Shown piece after piece: positions 1 to 13,297 of a DNA stretch of 47,333 nt. Location: contig JBPPMN010000102.1 of assembly GCA_051306055.1 (NCBI GenBank), positions 1 through 47,333 on the forward strand, read 5' to 3'. This DNA is from Acidimicrobiales bacterium (GTDB taxonomy: Bacteria; Actinomycetota; Acidimicrobiia; Acidimicrobiales; VFJN01). Below the pieces are notes generated by a model, which had not been told where the DNA came from, did no database searches, and saw nothing but the letters and a program-made list of their open reading frames with translations. How positions within the stretch are numbered: the stretch's first letter is position 1; every line of letters begins with the position of its first letter. Made by a program: the position numbers and the translations under genes.

Positions 1-1866
1 GTGGCCGTGTACGTCGACGCCGATGCCGACGCGCCGTTCGTGGGCGAGGCCGACGAGGCCGTGCGGCTGCGCCAGGGCTACCTCGACGGTCCGGCCATCG
101 TCGACGTCGCCCGCGCCGCCGGCGTCGACGCGGTGCACCCCGGGTACGGGTTCCTCTCCGAGAACGCCGCCTTCGCGGAGGCGGTGATCGGCGCCGGCAT
201 CACCTGGGTGGGCCCGTCGCCGGCCGTGATCGAGGCCATGGGCGACAAGCTGGCCGCCAAGCGCTCGGCGGAGGCGGCCGGCGTGCCCACCCTGCCGTCG
301 GTCGACGACCCCGCCGGGGCCGACCAGGTCGGCTACCCGCTGCTGGTGAAGGCGGCGGCCGGCGGCGGGGGCAAGGGCATGCGCACCGTCCTGCGGGCCG
401 AGGACCTCGAGGAGGCCGTGGCCGCTGCGCAGCGGGAGGCGGCCGCCGGCTTCGGCGACGACCGGGTGTTCCTCGAGCGCTACGTGGCCGCCGCTCGCCA
501 CGTGGAGGTGCAGATCCTGGGCGACCGCCACGGCGCGCTGGTGCACCTCGGCGAGCGGGAGTGCTCCATCCAGCGCCGCCACCAGAAGATCATCGAGGAG
601 TCGCCCTCGCCGGCCGTCGACGACGCCCTGCGCTCCGCCATGGGCGATGCCGCCCTGGCCCTGGCCGGCGCCCTCGGCTACGAGTCGGCCGGCACCGTGG
701 AGTTCCTCCTCGACGACGCCACGGGCGCCTTCTACTTCCTGGAGGTGAACACCCGGCTGCAGGTGGAGCACCCCGTCACCGAGGCCGTCACCGGCCTCGA
801 CCTGGTGCGCGAGCAGCTGCGCATCGCCGCCGGAGAGCCGCTCGGCTACCAGCAGGCCGACGTCACCTTCACCGGCCACGCGGTGGAGGCCCGCCTCTAC
901 GCGGAGGACGTGGCCGCCGGCTTCCTGCCCGCCACCGGCACGCTGGTGGCCTTCGAACCGGCCCCCGACCCCGCCGTGCGGTGGGACAGCGGCGTGGAGA
1001 CCGGCTCCGCGGTGGGCCTGCAGTTCGATCCGATGCTGGCCAAGGTGATCGCCCACGGCCCCACCCGGGCCGAAGCGGCCGGCCGCCTGGCCCTGGCCCT
1101 CGAGCGCCTCCACCTCGGCGGCGTCACCACCAACGCCGCCTTCCTGGCCGCCACGCTGCGCCACCCCGCCTTCCTGGCCGGCGACACCACCACCGACTTC
1201 CTCGACCGCCACCACCCGGCGGCAGCACCCGAACTGTCCGACCCCGAACGAGCCCGGCTGGCTGTGGCCGCCGCGCTCTGGCGCCAGGGGCAGCGCCGCG
1301 CCGACGCTCCGGTGCTGGCCGGGTTGCCCAGCGGGTGGCGCAACGCCCGCCTCCCCGCCCAGCGCACCGACCTCGCCCTCGGCGGTGACCGCATCGAGGT
1401 GACCTACGAGGCCCAGCGCGACGGCTCGTTCCTGGTGACCGTCGACGGCGACGAGCCCCGCTCCGCCCGGGTGCTGGGCTGGAGCCCCACCTCGATCGAC
1501 GTCGAGGTCGACGGCCACCGCCGGCCGCACCGGATCACCGCAGCCGGCGATCGGCTCCTGCTGCAGGCGGCCCGCGGCACGGTCGAGCTCATCGAGCTGC
1601 CCCGCTTCTCCCCTCCCGAAGCGGCCTCCGCGGCCGGCGGGCTGGTGGCGCCCATGCCCGGCGTGGCACGCGAGGTGCGGGTGGCGGTGGGCGACCATGT
1701 CACCGCAGGGCAGGTGCTGGTGGTGCTGGAGGCCATGAAGATGGAGCACCACATCACCGCACCGGGCGACGGCACCGTCACCGAGGTGCACGTGCAGGCC
1801 GACGGCCAGGTGCACAACGGCCAGGTGCTGCTGGTGCTCGAACCGCAGGAGGAGAGCGCACCGTGA
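1..1866 (+). CDS. Biotin carboxylase/biotin carrier subunit of an acyl-CoA carboxylase (AtuF/AccA-like), probably 5'-truncated by the window edge
   Basis: HPGYGFLSEN, GGGGKGMR, ERECSIQRRHQK and FLEVNTRLQVEHPVTE motifs; C-terminal biotinyl motif EAMKM. Confidence 0.93.
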   Translation: MAVYVDADADAPFVGEADEAVRLRQGYLDGPAIVDVARAAGVDAVHPGYGFLSENAAFAEAVIGAGITWVGPSPAVIEAMGDKLAAKRSAEAAGVPTLPSVDDPAGADQVGYPLLVKAAAGGGGKGMRTVLRAEDLEEAVAAAQREAAAGFGDDRVFLERYVAAARHVEVQILGDRHGALVHLGERECSIQRRHQKIIEESPSPAVDDALRSAMGDAALALAGALGYESAGTVEFLLDDATGAFYFLEVNTRLQVEHPVTEAVTGLDLVREQLRIAAGEPLGYQQADVTFTGHAVEARLYAEDVAAGFLPATGTLVAFEPAPDPAVRWDSGVETGSAVGLQFDPMLAKVIAHGPTRAEAAGRLALALERLHLGGVTTNAAFLAATLRHPAFLAGDTTTDFLDRHHPAAAPELSDPERARLAVAAALWRQGQRRADAPVLAGLPSGWRNARLPAQRTDLALGGDRIEVTYEAQRDGSFLVTVDGDEPRSARVLGWSPTSIDVEVDGHRRPHRITAAGDRLLLQAARGTVELIELPRFSPPEAASAAGGLVAPMPGVAREVRVAVGDHVTAGQVLVVLEAMKMEHHITAPGDGTVTEVHVQADGQVHNGQVLLVLEPQEESAP

Positions 1867-3623
1867 CCGAGCCCATCCGCATCGCCAACTGCTCGGGCTT
1901 CTACGGCGACCGGCTCTCCGCCGCCCAGGAGATGGTCGACGACGGGCCCATCGACGTGCTCACCGGCGACTGGCTGGCCGAGCTCACCATGCTGATCCTG
2001 GCCCGCACCCAGGCCAAGCGCCCGCGGGGCGGCTTCGCCCGCAGCTTCGTGACCCAGATGGAGCAGGTGATGGGCACCTGCCTCGACCGCGGCATCAAGG
2101 TGGTGAGCAACGCCGGCGGCCTCGACCCCGACGCCTGCGCGGAGGCGGTGGCCGAGGTGGCCGACCGACTCGGCCTGGCCCCCACCATCGCCTACGTGCG
2201 CGGCGACGACCTCCTGCCCCGCCTCCCCGAGCTGGTGGCCGCAGGGGTCGACCTGGCCCACCTCGAGACCGGGGAGCCCATGGGCGACCCGGCCCGGTTC
2301 ATCAGCGCCAACGCCTACCTGGGCTGCTGGGGCATCGTCGACGCCCTGCACCGGGGCGCCGACATCGTGATCACCGGGCGGGTCACCGACGCCGCCGTCG
2401 TGTGCGGCCCCGCGGCCTGGCACCACGGCTGGGCGCGCGACGACTGGGACGCCTTGGCCGGGGCGGTGGTGGCCGGCCACGTGATCGAGTGCGGCACCCA
2501 GGCCACCGGGGGCAACTACTCCTTCTTCGACGAGGTGCCGGGCCTCGTGCGCCCGGGATTCCCCTGGGCCGAGGTGGCGGCCGACGGGTCGTCGGTGATC
2601 GGCAAGCACGACAGCACCGGTGGCCAGGTGTCGATGGGCACGGTGACCTCGCAGCTGCTCTACGAGATCGGCGGCCCGGCCTACCTGGGCCCCGACGTGA
2701 CGGCCCGCTTCGACACCATCGAGCTGGAGGAGGTGGGCCCCGACCGCGTTCGCATCAGCGGCACCCAGGGCGAGCCGCCGCCGGCGACCCTCAAGGTGGC
2801 CATGAACGAGCTGGGCGGCTTCCGCAACGACCTCTCCATCGCCCTCACCGGCCTCGACATCGAGGCCAAGGCGCGGCTGGTGGAAGCCGGCTTCTGGGCC
2901 GCCTGCCCCTACGGACCCGACGACTTCGCCAGCGTCACCACCACCGTGGTGCGCACCGACAAGCCCGACCCGGCCTCCAACGAGGAGGCGGTGGCCCTCT
3001 GGCGCCTCACCGTGAAGGATCCCGACGAGGCCAAGGTGGGCCGCGCCGTGTCGGGCGCCATGATCGAGCTGGCCCTGGCCAACATCCCCGGGTTCTTCGG
3101 GCTCGGCGGCGGCCCCACCGGTGGCCGGCCCTACGGAGTGTTCCGCCCCGCGGTCGTGCCCGCCGCGCTGGTGCCCCAGCAGGTGACGCTGCTCGGCGGC
3201 GACGACCGCGTCGTCGACTCGGTCGCCCCAGCCGGCGAGGTGGCCGTGCGCCCGGCCCCGGAGCCGACGGCGGCCGCGCCCGCCGGCCCCAGAATCGAGG
3301 CGCCCCTCGGACGGGTGGTGGGCGCCCGCTCGGGCGACAAGGGCGGCAACGCCAACCTCGGCGTGTTCGCCCGCACCGACGAGGCGTGGGCCTGGCTCGA
3401 CGGCTTCCTCACCGTGGAGCGGCTCCAGGAGCTGCTGCCGGAGACGGCGCCGCTGGAGGTGCAGCGCCACCGGCTCCCGGCCCTGCGCTCGCTGAACTTC
3501 GTGATCGTGGGCCTCCTGCAGGAGGGCGTGGCCGCCTCCACCCGCCAGGACGGCCAGGCCAAGAGCCTCGGCGAGTGGCTGCGGGCCCGCACCGTCGACC
3601 TGCCCGCCTCGCTGCTGGGATGA
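1863..3623 (+). CDS. Acyclic terpene utilization AtuA-family protein (DUF1446)
   Basis: IRIANCSGFYGDR, DVLTGDWLAELT, GRVTDAA, GHVIECG, ARSGDKGGNAN; GTGA overlap with the upstream gene. Confidence 0.9.
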   Translation: MTEPIRIANCSGFYGDRLSAAQEMVDDGPIDVLTGDWLAELTMLILARTQAKRPRGGFARSFVTQMEQVMGTCLDRGIKVVSNAGGLDPDACAEAVAEVADRLGLAPTIAYVRGDDLLPRLPELVAAGVDLAHLETGEPMGDPARFISANAYLGCWGIVDALHRGADIVITGRVTDAAVVCGPAAWHHGWARDDWDALAGAVVAGHVIECGTQATGGNYSFFDEVPGLVRPGFPWAEVAADGSSVIGKHDSTGGQVSMGTVTSQLLYEIGGPAYLGPDVTARFDTIELEEVGPDRVRISGTQGEPPPATLKVAMNELGGFRNDLSIALTGLDIEAKARLVEAGFWAACPYGPDDFASVTTTVVRTDKPDPASNEEAVALWRLTVKDPDEAKVGRAVSGAMIELALANIPGFFGLGGGPTGGRPYGVFRPAVVPAALVPQQVTLLGGDDRVVDSVAPAGEVAVRPAPEPTAAAPAGPRIEAPLGRVVGARSGDKGGNANLGVFARTDEAWAWLDGFLTVERLQELLPETAPLEVQRHRLPALRSLNFVIVGLLQEGVAASTRQDGQAKSLGEWLRARTVDLPASLLG

Positions 3624-4255
3624 GCCTGCACGAGCGGCTGCGCTCGGTGCCCCGCCCCACACCGGTGCTCTCCCGCGAGCGGGAGCGGTCGCTCACGGCA
3701 CGGCAGCGGGAGCTCCTCGACCAGCTGGGCCACCTCTTCGACGACGGCTTCGCCCACCTCACCATGGCGGGGCTGGCGGCCCGGTTGAGCTGCTCCCTGC
3801 GCACGCTCTACGAGCTGGCGCCCAGCCGCGACGAGCTGGTGCTCACCGTGGTCGACCGCAACCTCTGGCGGATCGGCCACACCGCAGCAGAGGCGCTCGA
3901 TGCCGAGATGGCACCGCTCGACGCGCTGCGGGCCTACCTGCGTGCGGCCACGGTGGCCGTGGCCGGCACCACCCCCGCCTTCGCCCGCGACCTGGCCGCC
4001 CTCCCGGCGGGCCAGCGCCTCAACGACGACCACTCCAGCTACCTCGTGGCCGTCACCCGCTGCCTGCTCGACCTGGCCGTGGAGGACGGCACCATCGCGC
4101 CCGTCGACACCGGCGCCATCGCCCGCGTGATGGCCGGCGTGGGCCGCGACTTCGCCCGCCCCGACGTGATCTCCACCCTGCGGACGTCGCCCAAGGAGGC
4201 AGCCGACGCAGTGGTCGACGTGCTGCTGCGAGGCCTCGAGCGCGCCCCGGCCTGA
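3620..4255 (+). CDS. TetR/AcrR family transcriptional regulator
   Basis: ATG overlaps the atuA-like stop (ATGA); HTH GFAHLTMAGLAARLSCSLRTLY; it is the C-terminal part of track ORF 2402..4255. Confidence 0.85.
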   Translation: MSLHERLRSVPRPTPVLSRERERSLTARQRELLDQLGHLFDDGFAHLTMAGLAARLSCSLRTLYELAPSRDELVLTVVDRNLWRIGHTAAEALDAEMAPLDALRAYLRAATVAVAGTTPAFARDLAALPAGQRLNDDHSSYLVAVTRCLLDLAVEDGTIAPVDTGAIARVMAGVGRDFARPDVISTLRTSPKEAADAVVDVLLRGLERAPA

Positions 4256-4263
4256 CCCGCCGG

Positions 4264-4289
4264 GTGTGGCCCACCGCCCGGGCGGGAAG
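4264..4289 (+). promoter_or_regulatory. Possible SigF/SigB-type promoter (GTGT-N16-GGGAAG)
   Basis: Resembles the actinobacterial SigF consensus GTTT-N15-17-GGGTA; ends 10 nt before GTG 4300. Confidence 0.4.
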
Positions 4290-4299
4290 GCAGTCCGCC

Positions 4300-5268
4300 G
4301 TGACCGTCATCGGGTTCCACGCCTCCCACGAGCAGATCCACCCGTCCGCCCTCCTCCGGTCCGTCCAGCAGGCGGAGGAGGTCGGCTTCACCGCCGCCAT
4401 GTGCTCCGACCACGTCGCCCCCTGGAGCGAGCGGCAGGGCCACAGCGCCTTCGCCTGGTCGTGGCTGGGCGCGGCCCTGGCCACCACCAACCTCCCCTTC
4501 GGCGTGGTGAACGCTCCCGGGCAGCGCTACCACCCCGCCATCATCGCCCAGGCCTCGGCCACGCTCTCGGCCATGTTCCCGGAGCGCTTCTGGGTGGCGC
4601 TGGGCTCGGGGGAGGCCTCCAACGAGCACATCACCGGCGACCCGTGGCCCCGCAAGGCGGTGCGCAACGACCGGCTGGCCGAGTGCGTCGACGTGATCCG
4701 GCGGCTGCACGCCGGTGAAGAGGTGAGCCACGACGGGCTGGTGCAGGTCGACCGGGCCCGGGTGTGGACGCTCCCCGAGGTGCCACCGCGGCTCATCGGT
4801 GCCGCCGTGTCGGCCGAGACGGCCGCCTGGACCGCGGGCTGGGCCGATGGCCTGGTGACGGTCAACCAGCCGGCGGAGCAGCTTCAAGCCGTGGTGGCCG
4901 CCTATCGAGACGCCGGCGGACGAGGCTCTGCCTCGCTGCAGCTCCACCTGTCCTACGCGCCCGACGAGGCCGAGGCGCTGGCCATCGCCCACGACCAGTG
5001 GCGCAACAACGTGATCGGACCGCCGGTGAGCTGGGACCTCGACAGCATCGAGGCCTTCGACCTCATCGGGAAGCAGGTGGAGCCCGACGACGTGCGCTCC
5101 AGCGTGCTGGTGTCGGACGATCCGAAGCAGCACGCCGCCTGGATCGACGAGCTGGCCGAGATCGGCTTCGACGCCGTGTACCTCCACCACGTGGGCCAGG
5201 AGCAGGAGCGGTTCCTCGACGTGTTCGGTGAACAGGTGCTGCCCGAGCTGGACGTGACCACGCCGTGA
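4300..5268 (+). CDS. LLM-class flavin-dependent oxidoreductase (TIGR03885-like)
   Basis: IGFHASHEQ, MCSDH-PWSERQG, PGQRYHPAIIAQ, LGSGEASNEH. Confidence 0.88.
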   Translation: MTVIGFHASHEQIHPSALLRSVQQAEEVGFTAAMCSDHVAPWSERQGHSAFAWSWLGAALATTNLPFGVVNAPGQRYHPAIIAQASATLSAMFPERFWVALGSGEASNEHITGDPWPRKAVRNDRLAECVDVIRRLHAGEEVSHDGLVQVDRARVWTLPEVPPRLIGAAVSAETAAWTAGWADGLVTVNQPAEQLQAVVAAYRDAGGRGSASLQLHLSYAPDEAEALAIAHDQWRNNVIGPPVSWDLDSIEAFDLIGKQVEPDDVRSSVLVSDDPKQHAAWIDELAEIGFDAVYLHHVGQEQERFLDVFGEQVLPELDVTTP

Positions 5269-6932
5269 AGATCACCGACACCAGCGACGTGTGGTGGAAG
5301 ACGGCGGTCGTCTACTGCCTCGACGTGGAGACCTACCTCGACTGGGACGGCGACGGCACCGGCGACCTGGCCGGCCTGGTGCAGCGCATCGACTACCTGG
5401 CCCAGCTGGGCGTCACCTGCCTGTGGCTGATGCCCTTCTACCCCACACCCGACCGCGACGACGGCTACGACATCACCGACCACTACGGCGTCGACCCCCG
5501 CCTCGGCACCCACGGCGACTTCGTGGAGCTGGTGCGCACGGCCCGCGACCGCGGCATGCGCGTGATCGTCGACCTCGTGGTGAACCACACCTCCGACCGC
5601 CATCCCTGGTTCCGGTCGGCCCGCTCCAGCCCCGACTCGCCGTATCGCGACTGGTACGTGTGGAACGACGACCCGCCGAAGACCAAGCCCTCCGAGATCG
5701 TGTTCCCCGACCAGGAGGACAGCATCTGGACCTACGACGAGAAGGCCGGGTCGCACTACCTCCACCGCTTCTACCGCCACCAGCCCGACCTCAACGTCAC
5801 CAACCCCGCGGTGCGCGACGAGATCGACAAGGTCATCGGGTTCTGGTTGGAGCTCGGCGTATCCGGCTTCCGGGTCGACGCCGTCCCCTACTTCATCGAG
5901 ACGATGGGCGCCGAGGCCGATGGCGCGGCCGACCCCCACGACTACCTGAAGGCGCTGCGCTCGTTCATGTCGCGCCGACGGGGTGACTCGGTGATGCTGG
6001 GCGAGGTGAACCTCCCCCACGAGGAGCAGCGCCAGTTCTTCGGCGAGGCAGGCGACGAGGTCCAGATGCTGTTCGACTTCATCGGGATGCAGAAGCTCTA
6101 CCTGTCGCTGGCCCGGGAGGAGGCCGGGACCCTGGCCCAGGCCCTCCTCGACCGGCCCGAGATCCCCGACGGCTGCCAGTGGGCCACCTTCGTGCGCAAC
6201 CACGACGAGCTCACCCTCGACAAGCTCACCGACGAGGAGCGCGAGGAGGTCTTCGCCGCCTTCGGCCCCGACCCCGACATGCAGCTCTACGGGAGAGGGC
6301 TGCGGCGCCGGCTGCCGCCGATGCTCGACGGCGACCCCCGACGGATCCGCATGGTCTACAGCCTGCTGTTCAGCCTCCCCGGCACGCCCGTGCTCTTCTA
6401 CGGCGAGGAGATCGGCATGGGCGAGGAGCTGCAGGCGGAGGGCCGCCACGCGGTGCGCACGCCGATGCAGTGGGGCCCCGGCAAGAACGGCGGCTTCTCC
6501 GACGCCCGACCCTCCCGGCTGCCCACCCCGGTGGTGGAGGGCGGGTTCGGTCCCGAGCACGTGAACGTGGAGGCCCAGCGCCGCGACCCCGACTCCCTGC
6601 TCCGGTTCGTGACGCTGCTCGTGCAGCGCTACCGGGAGGCGCCGGAGCTCGGTTGGGGCGAGCTCGAGATCCTCGAACAGCCCCATGCCGCCGTGCTGGC
6701 CCACCGGGTGACCCACGACGACGACAGCACGGTGGCCCTCCACAACTTGAGCGCGGAGGCGTGCGTGGTGCCCGTGGAGCTGCCCGACGAGGCCGGCGGC
6801 ACCCGTCTGGTCGACCAGCTGTGCGACGGCACCACCGCACTCGACGACAAGGGCCGGGCCGAGATCGAGCTGGAGGGCTACGGGTTCCGGTGGCTGCGGG
6901 TGATGGCCCCCGACGCCCGACGGCTCTCCTGA
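5265..6932 (+). CDS. GH13 alpha-amylase family protein (trehalose synthase/alpha-glucosidase-like)
   Basis: DDGYDI, DLVVNHTSD, GFRVDAV (nucleophile), GEVN, FVRNHDEL, FYGEEIGMG. Confidence 0.9.
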   Translation: MKITDTSDVWWKTAVVYCLDVETYLDWDGDGTGDLAGLVQRIDYLAQLGVTCLWLMPFYPTPDRDDGYDITDHYGVDPRLGTHGDFVELVRTARDRGMRVIVDLVVNHTSDRHPWFRSARSSPDSPYRDWYVWNDDPPKTKPSEIVFPDQEDSIWTYDEKAGSHYLHRFYRHQPDLNVTNPAVRDEIDKVIGFWLELGVSGFRVDAVPYFIETMGAEADGAADPHDYLKALRSFMSRRRGDSVMLGEVNLPHEEQRQFFGEAGDEVQMLFDFIGMQKLYLSLAREEAGTLAQALLDRPEIPDGCQWATFVRNHDELTLDKLTDEEREEVFAAFGPDPDMQLYGRGLRRRLPPMLDGDPRRIRMVYSLLFSLPGTPVLFYGEEIGMGEELQAEGRHAVRTPMQWGPGKNGGFSDARPSRLPTPVVEGGFGPEHVNVEAQRRDPDSLLRFVTLLVQRYREAPELGWGELEILEQPHAAVLAHRVTHDDDSTVALHNLSAEACVVPVELPDEAGGTRLVDQLCDGTTALDDKGRAEIELEGYGFRWLRVMAPDARRLS

Positions 6933-6939
6933 GCGGCGG

Positions 6940-7961
6940 TCACACGTCGGGAGAGAGGTGGGCCGGCACCGACCACGAGTGGAGGGTGGCCATGTAGTTG
7001 GCCCGCTCGAAGGCGCCCGGGTCGCCCGCGGTGGCCTGGGACGCGCTCCCCCGCAGCTGAGCGACCGACTCGTACTCGTGGTCGACCATCCAGCGCACCA
7101 GCTCGTCGTGGACGCTGCGCAGGTGCCCGGCGCCGTGGTGCAGCAGCGCTGAGGTGAGCATGGCCACGTCGGCTCCCACCATCAGCGCCTTCACCACCTC
7201 GGCGCCGCCGTGCACGCCAGAGGTGGCGGCCAGCGACGTGCCGGGCCCCAGCTGGGGGCGCAGGATGGCGATCCACCGCAGCGGCAGGCGCAGCTCCCAC
7301 GGGCGGCTGAGCTCCACCCGGTTCACGACCTCGAGCGTCTCGAGGTCGATGTCGGGCTGGTAGAAGCGGTTGAACAGGACCAGCCCGTCGGCCCCCGCGT
7401 CCACCGCCTGCTGGGCGAAGCCGGCCATCGACGAGTAGTGGGGGCTGAGCTTCACCGCGAGGGGGATCCCCAGCGACGAGCGCACGCTGCCGATGATCTC
7501 GAGGTCGGTGGCCTCCACGTCGTGCGCCGTACGGCGGGGATCGGCGGCCACGTGGTAGAGGTTCAGCTCGAGGGCGTCGGCTCCGGCCGACTCCAGCAGC
7601 GTGGCGTAGCTGGCCCATCCGCCGGTGCTGGCCGCGTTGAGGCTGGCGATCACCGGCACCGTCGACTGCGCCTTCATGGCCTCCACCAGCGCCAGGTAGC
7701 GATCGCCGACGCCGGCGAACGACGCCACCTCGGGGAAGTAGTCGGTGGCCTCGGGGTGGTGGCCGGCTCCGGCCTGGAGCGTGCGCTCGAGCTCGAGCTC
7801 CTCGTGCACGATCTCCTCTTCGAACAGCGACGGCAGCACCAGCGCCGCGGCGCCGGCCTCCTCCAGCATCCGAGCCGAGCCGAGGGACCCGGTGAGCGGC
7901 GAGGCCGAGGCCACGATCGGTGAGGCCAGCTCCAGCCCCAGGTAGCGGGTGGTCAGGTCGG

Positions 7962-7965
<4 letters not shown>
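6940..7965 (-). CDS. Dihydroorotate dehydrogenase-like FMN protein (nifJ-associated type)
   Basis: MTDLTTRYLGLELASPIVASASPL, PLAVKLSP, LFNRFYQPDID, ATSGVH; start overlaps the PFOR stop. Confidence 0.85.
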
Positions 7966-11567
<3,602 letters not shown>

Positions 11568-11600
11568 GGGGCCACCGTGGCACGGGCACCGCCCCCGGGG

Positions 11601-11620
11601 GCAGGGCCGATGGTCCCTAG
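11601..11620 (-). promoter_or_regulatory. DosR/DevR-like box upstream of nifJ
   Basis: Minus strand CTAGGGACCATCGGCCCTGC fits GGGAC-N4-GTCCC with one mismatch; centred about 43 nt upstream of ATG 11567. Confidence 0.6.
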
Positions 11621-11638
11621 AGGGGACCACCGAGGGAG

Positions 11639-11920
11639 TCAGTCGACGGAGATGCGGGCCATGAGGTCCGCCTTCTGCTCCTCGAAGTCCTCGAAGCTGA
11701 TCTTCTTGTCGTCGAAGAGCCGGTGGATCTCCTCCACCCGCTGCAGCAGCTCGGCGGCCGACAGCTCGACGCCAGGCTCGGCGGGGGCCATGGGCTCCAG
11801 CTCGTCGGAGGCCTCGGGCTCGTTGCCCTTCTCGAGGCGCTTCTCGCGCTTGGCCGCCTGCTTGGCCTTCTTGGCTCGGTCTCGCTGGAGCTTCTCGAAG
11901 CTCGTCCGTTGTGCAGCCAT
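11639..11920 (-). CDS. Small hypothetical protein, basic N-terminus and acidic C-terminus
   Basis: 93-aa ORF with purine-rich RBS (AGGAAAGGAAG) and typical high-GC codon usage. Confidence 0.75.
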   Translation of the reverse strand: MAAQRTSFEKLQRDRAKKAKQAAKREKRLEKGNEPEASDELEPMAPAEPGVELSAAELLQRVEEIHRLFDDKKISFEDFEEQKADLMARISVD

Positions 11921-12017
11921 GGGTACTTCCTTTCCTACGACGTCAGCGGCGGGGGCCCTCGACGTCCACGTCAGCCTGCTCGGCGCATGTCGGTGGCGGC
12001 TGACCGAGCCACCGGCA

Positions 12018-12050
12018 TGAAAGAGCCGCCGACCCGAAGGCCGGCGGCTC
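12018..12050 (-). terminator. Intrinsic terminator downstream of cspA
   Basis: Minus strand GAGCCGCCGGCC-TTCG-GGTCGGCGGCTC: 12-bp stem (one G-U), UUCG loop, followed by TTTCA. Confidence 0.75.
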
Positions 12051-12068
12051 CGTCAAGACGTTTCGGGA

Positions 12069-12269
12069 CTAGATGACCCGGACGTTCTGGGCTTCCTCGC
12101 CCTTGCGACCCGGAGCCACGTCGAACTCGACTCGCTGGCCCTCGTCGAGGCTCTTGTAGCCAGAGCCCTGGATGTTGGAGAAGTGGACGAACACATCGTC
12201 GCCCTCTTCGCGGGAGATGAAGCCGAAGCCCTTCTCGTTGTTGAAGAACTTCACGGTTCCAGTAGCCAC
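12069..12269 (-). CDS. cspA: Cold-shock protein
   Basis: [15 protein letters not shown] (RNP1), DVFVHFSNI (RNP2), 66 aa. Confidence 0.97.
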   Translation of the reverse strand: MATGTVKFFNNEKGFGFISREEGDDVFVHFSNIQGSGYKSLDEGQRVEFDVAPGRKGEEAQNVRVI

Positions 12270-12376
12270 TGTTTTCTCTCTATCTGCATTGCAAGCAAGT
12301 CCGACTGACTTCCCTGATTCCGCACAACTCTAGAGCGTCGACGCCGTGAAGGCGACATCAGGGCAGACTGTCGCCC

Positions 12377-13297
12377 GTGATCGAGGCCTCCCCCGTGCTC
12401 CGGACCCACGCGCTCACCAAGGAGTACCCCTCGGTCACCGCCGTCGACGGGCTCGATCTCGAGCTCCCTCGCGGCCGCTCGGGCCTGGTCGGAGCCAACG
12501 GAGCCGGGAAGACCACGCTGTTCCGGATGATGCTCGGTCTCAGCCACCCGTCGTCGGGTTCGCTCGAGGTCTGCGGCGTCGACGTGGCGGCCGATCCGAT
12601 CGGCGCCCGTGCCCGGCTGGGCTACATGCCCGAGCACGACTGCCTCCCCCTCGACCAGACCGCGGCCGACGTGGTGGCCACCTTCGGCGAGCTGAGCGGG
12701 CTGCCGCCCCGTGCCGCTCGCCAACGGGCCTCCGACGTGCTCGACCTCGTGGGCCTCGACGAGGCCCGCTTCCGCCCCGTCGGGGGCTTCTCCACGGGCA
12801 TGCGCCAGCGCACCAAGCTGGCCCAGGCGCTGGTGGCCGACCCGGAGCTGGTGCTGCTCGACGAGCCCACCGCCGGGCTCGACCCGATGGGCCGCGAGGA
12901 GATGCTGGCGCTGGTGGCCCGCCTCGGCGGCCTCGGGATCTCGGTGCTGCTGGCCACCCACCTCCTCGACGACGTGCAGCAGGTGTGCGACCACGTGGTG
13001 ATGCTCGACGCCGGGCGTCTCGTCGTGTCGGGCGCCACCGGCTCGCTGCTCGAGCGCACCGGTGTGCTCACCGTCGACGTCGGCGTGGAGCGCGGTGGGC
13101 TGATCGCCGCTCTGCAGCAGCGCTCGCTGCGGGCCGAGGAGGTGGCCGGCACCGTGGAGGTCACCGTCGACGGCCAGGCCGACGTCGACGCCGTGCGCGA
13201 CACGGTCGCCGCCCTCGGCCTGCCGCTGCACCGCCTCACCAACCGGCTCACCTCCCTCGACGACGTCTACCTCGACCGAGCCGGAGGGCCACGATGA
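12377..13297 (+). CDS. ABC transporter ATP-binding protein
   Basis: Walker A GANGAGKT, signature FSTGMRQR, Walker B LLDEPT. Confidence 0.93.
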   Translation: MIEASPVLRTHALTKEYPSVTAVDGLDLELPRGRSGLVGANGAGKTTLFRMMLGLSHPSSGSLEVCGVDVAADPIGARARLGYMPEHDCLPLDQTAADVVATFGELSGLPPRAARQRASDVLDLVGLDEARFRPVGGFSTGMRQRTKLAQALVADPELVLLDEPTAGLDPMGREEMLALVARLGGLGISVLLATHLLDDVQQVCDHVVMLDAGRLVVSGATGSLLERTGVLTVDVGVERGGLIAALQQRSLRAEEVAGTVEVTVDGQADVDAVRDTVAALGLPLHRLTNRLTSLDDVYLDRAGGPR

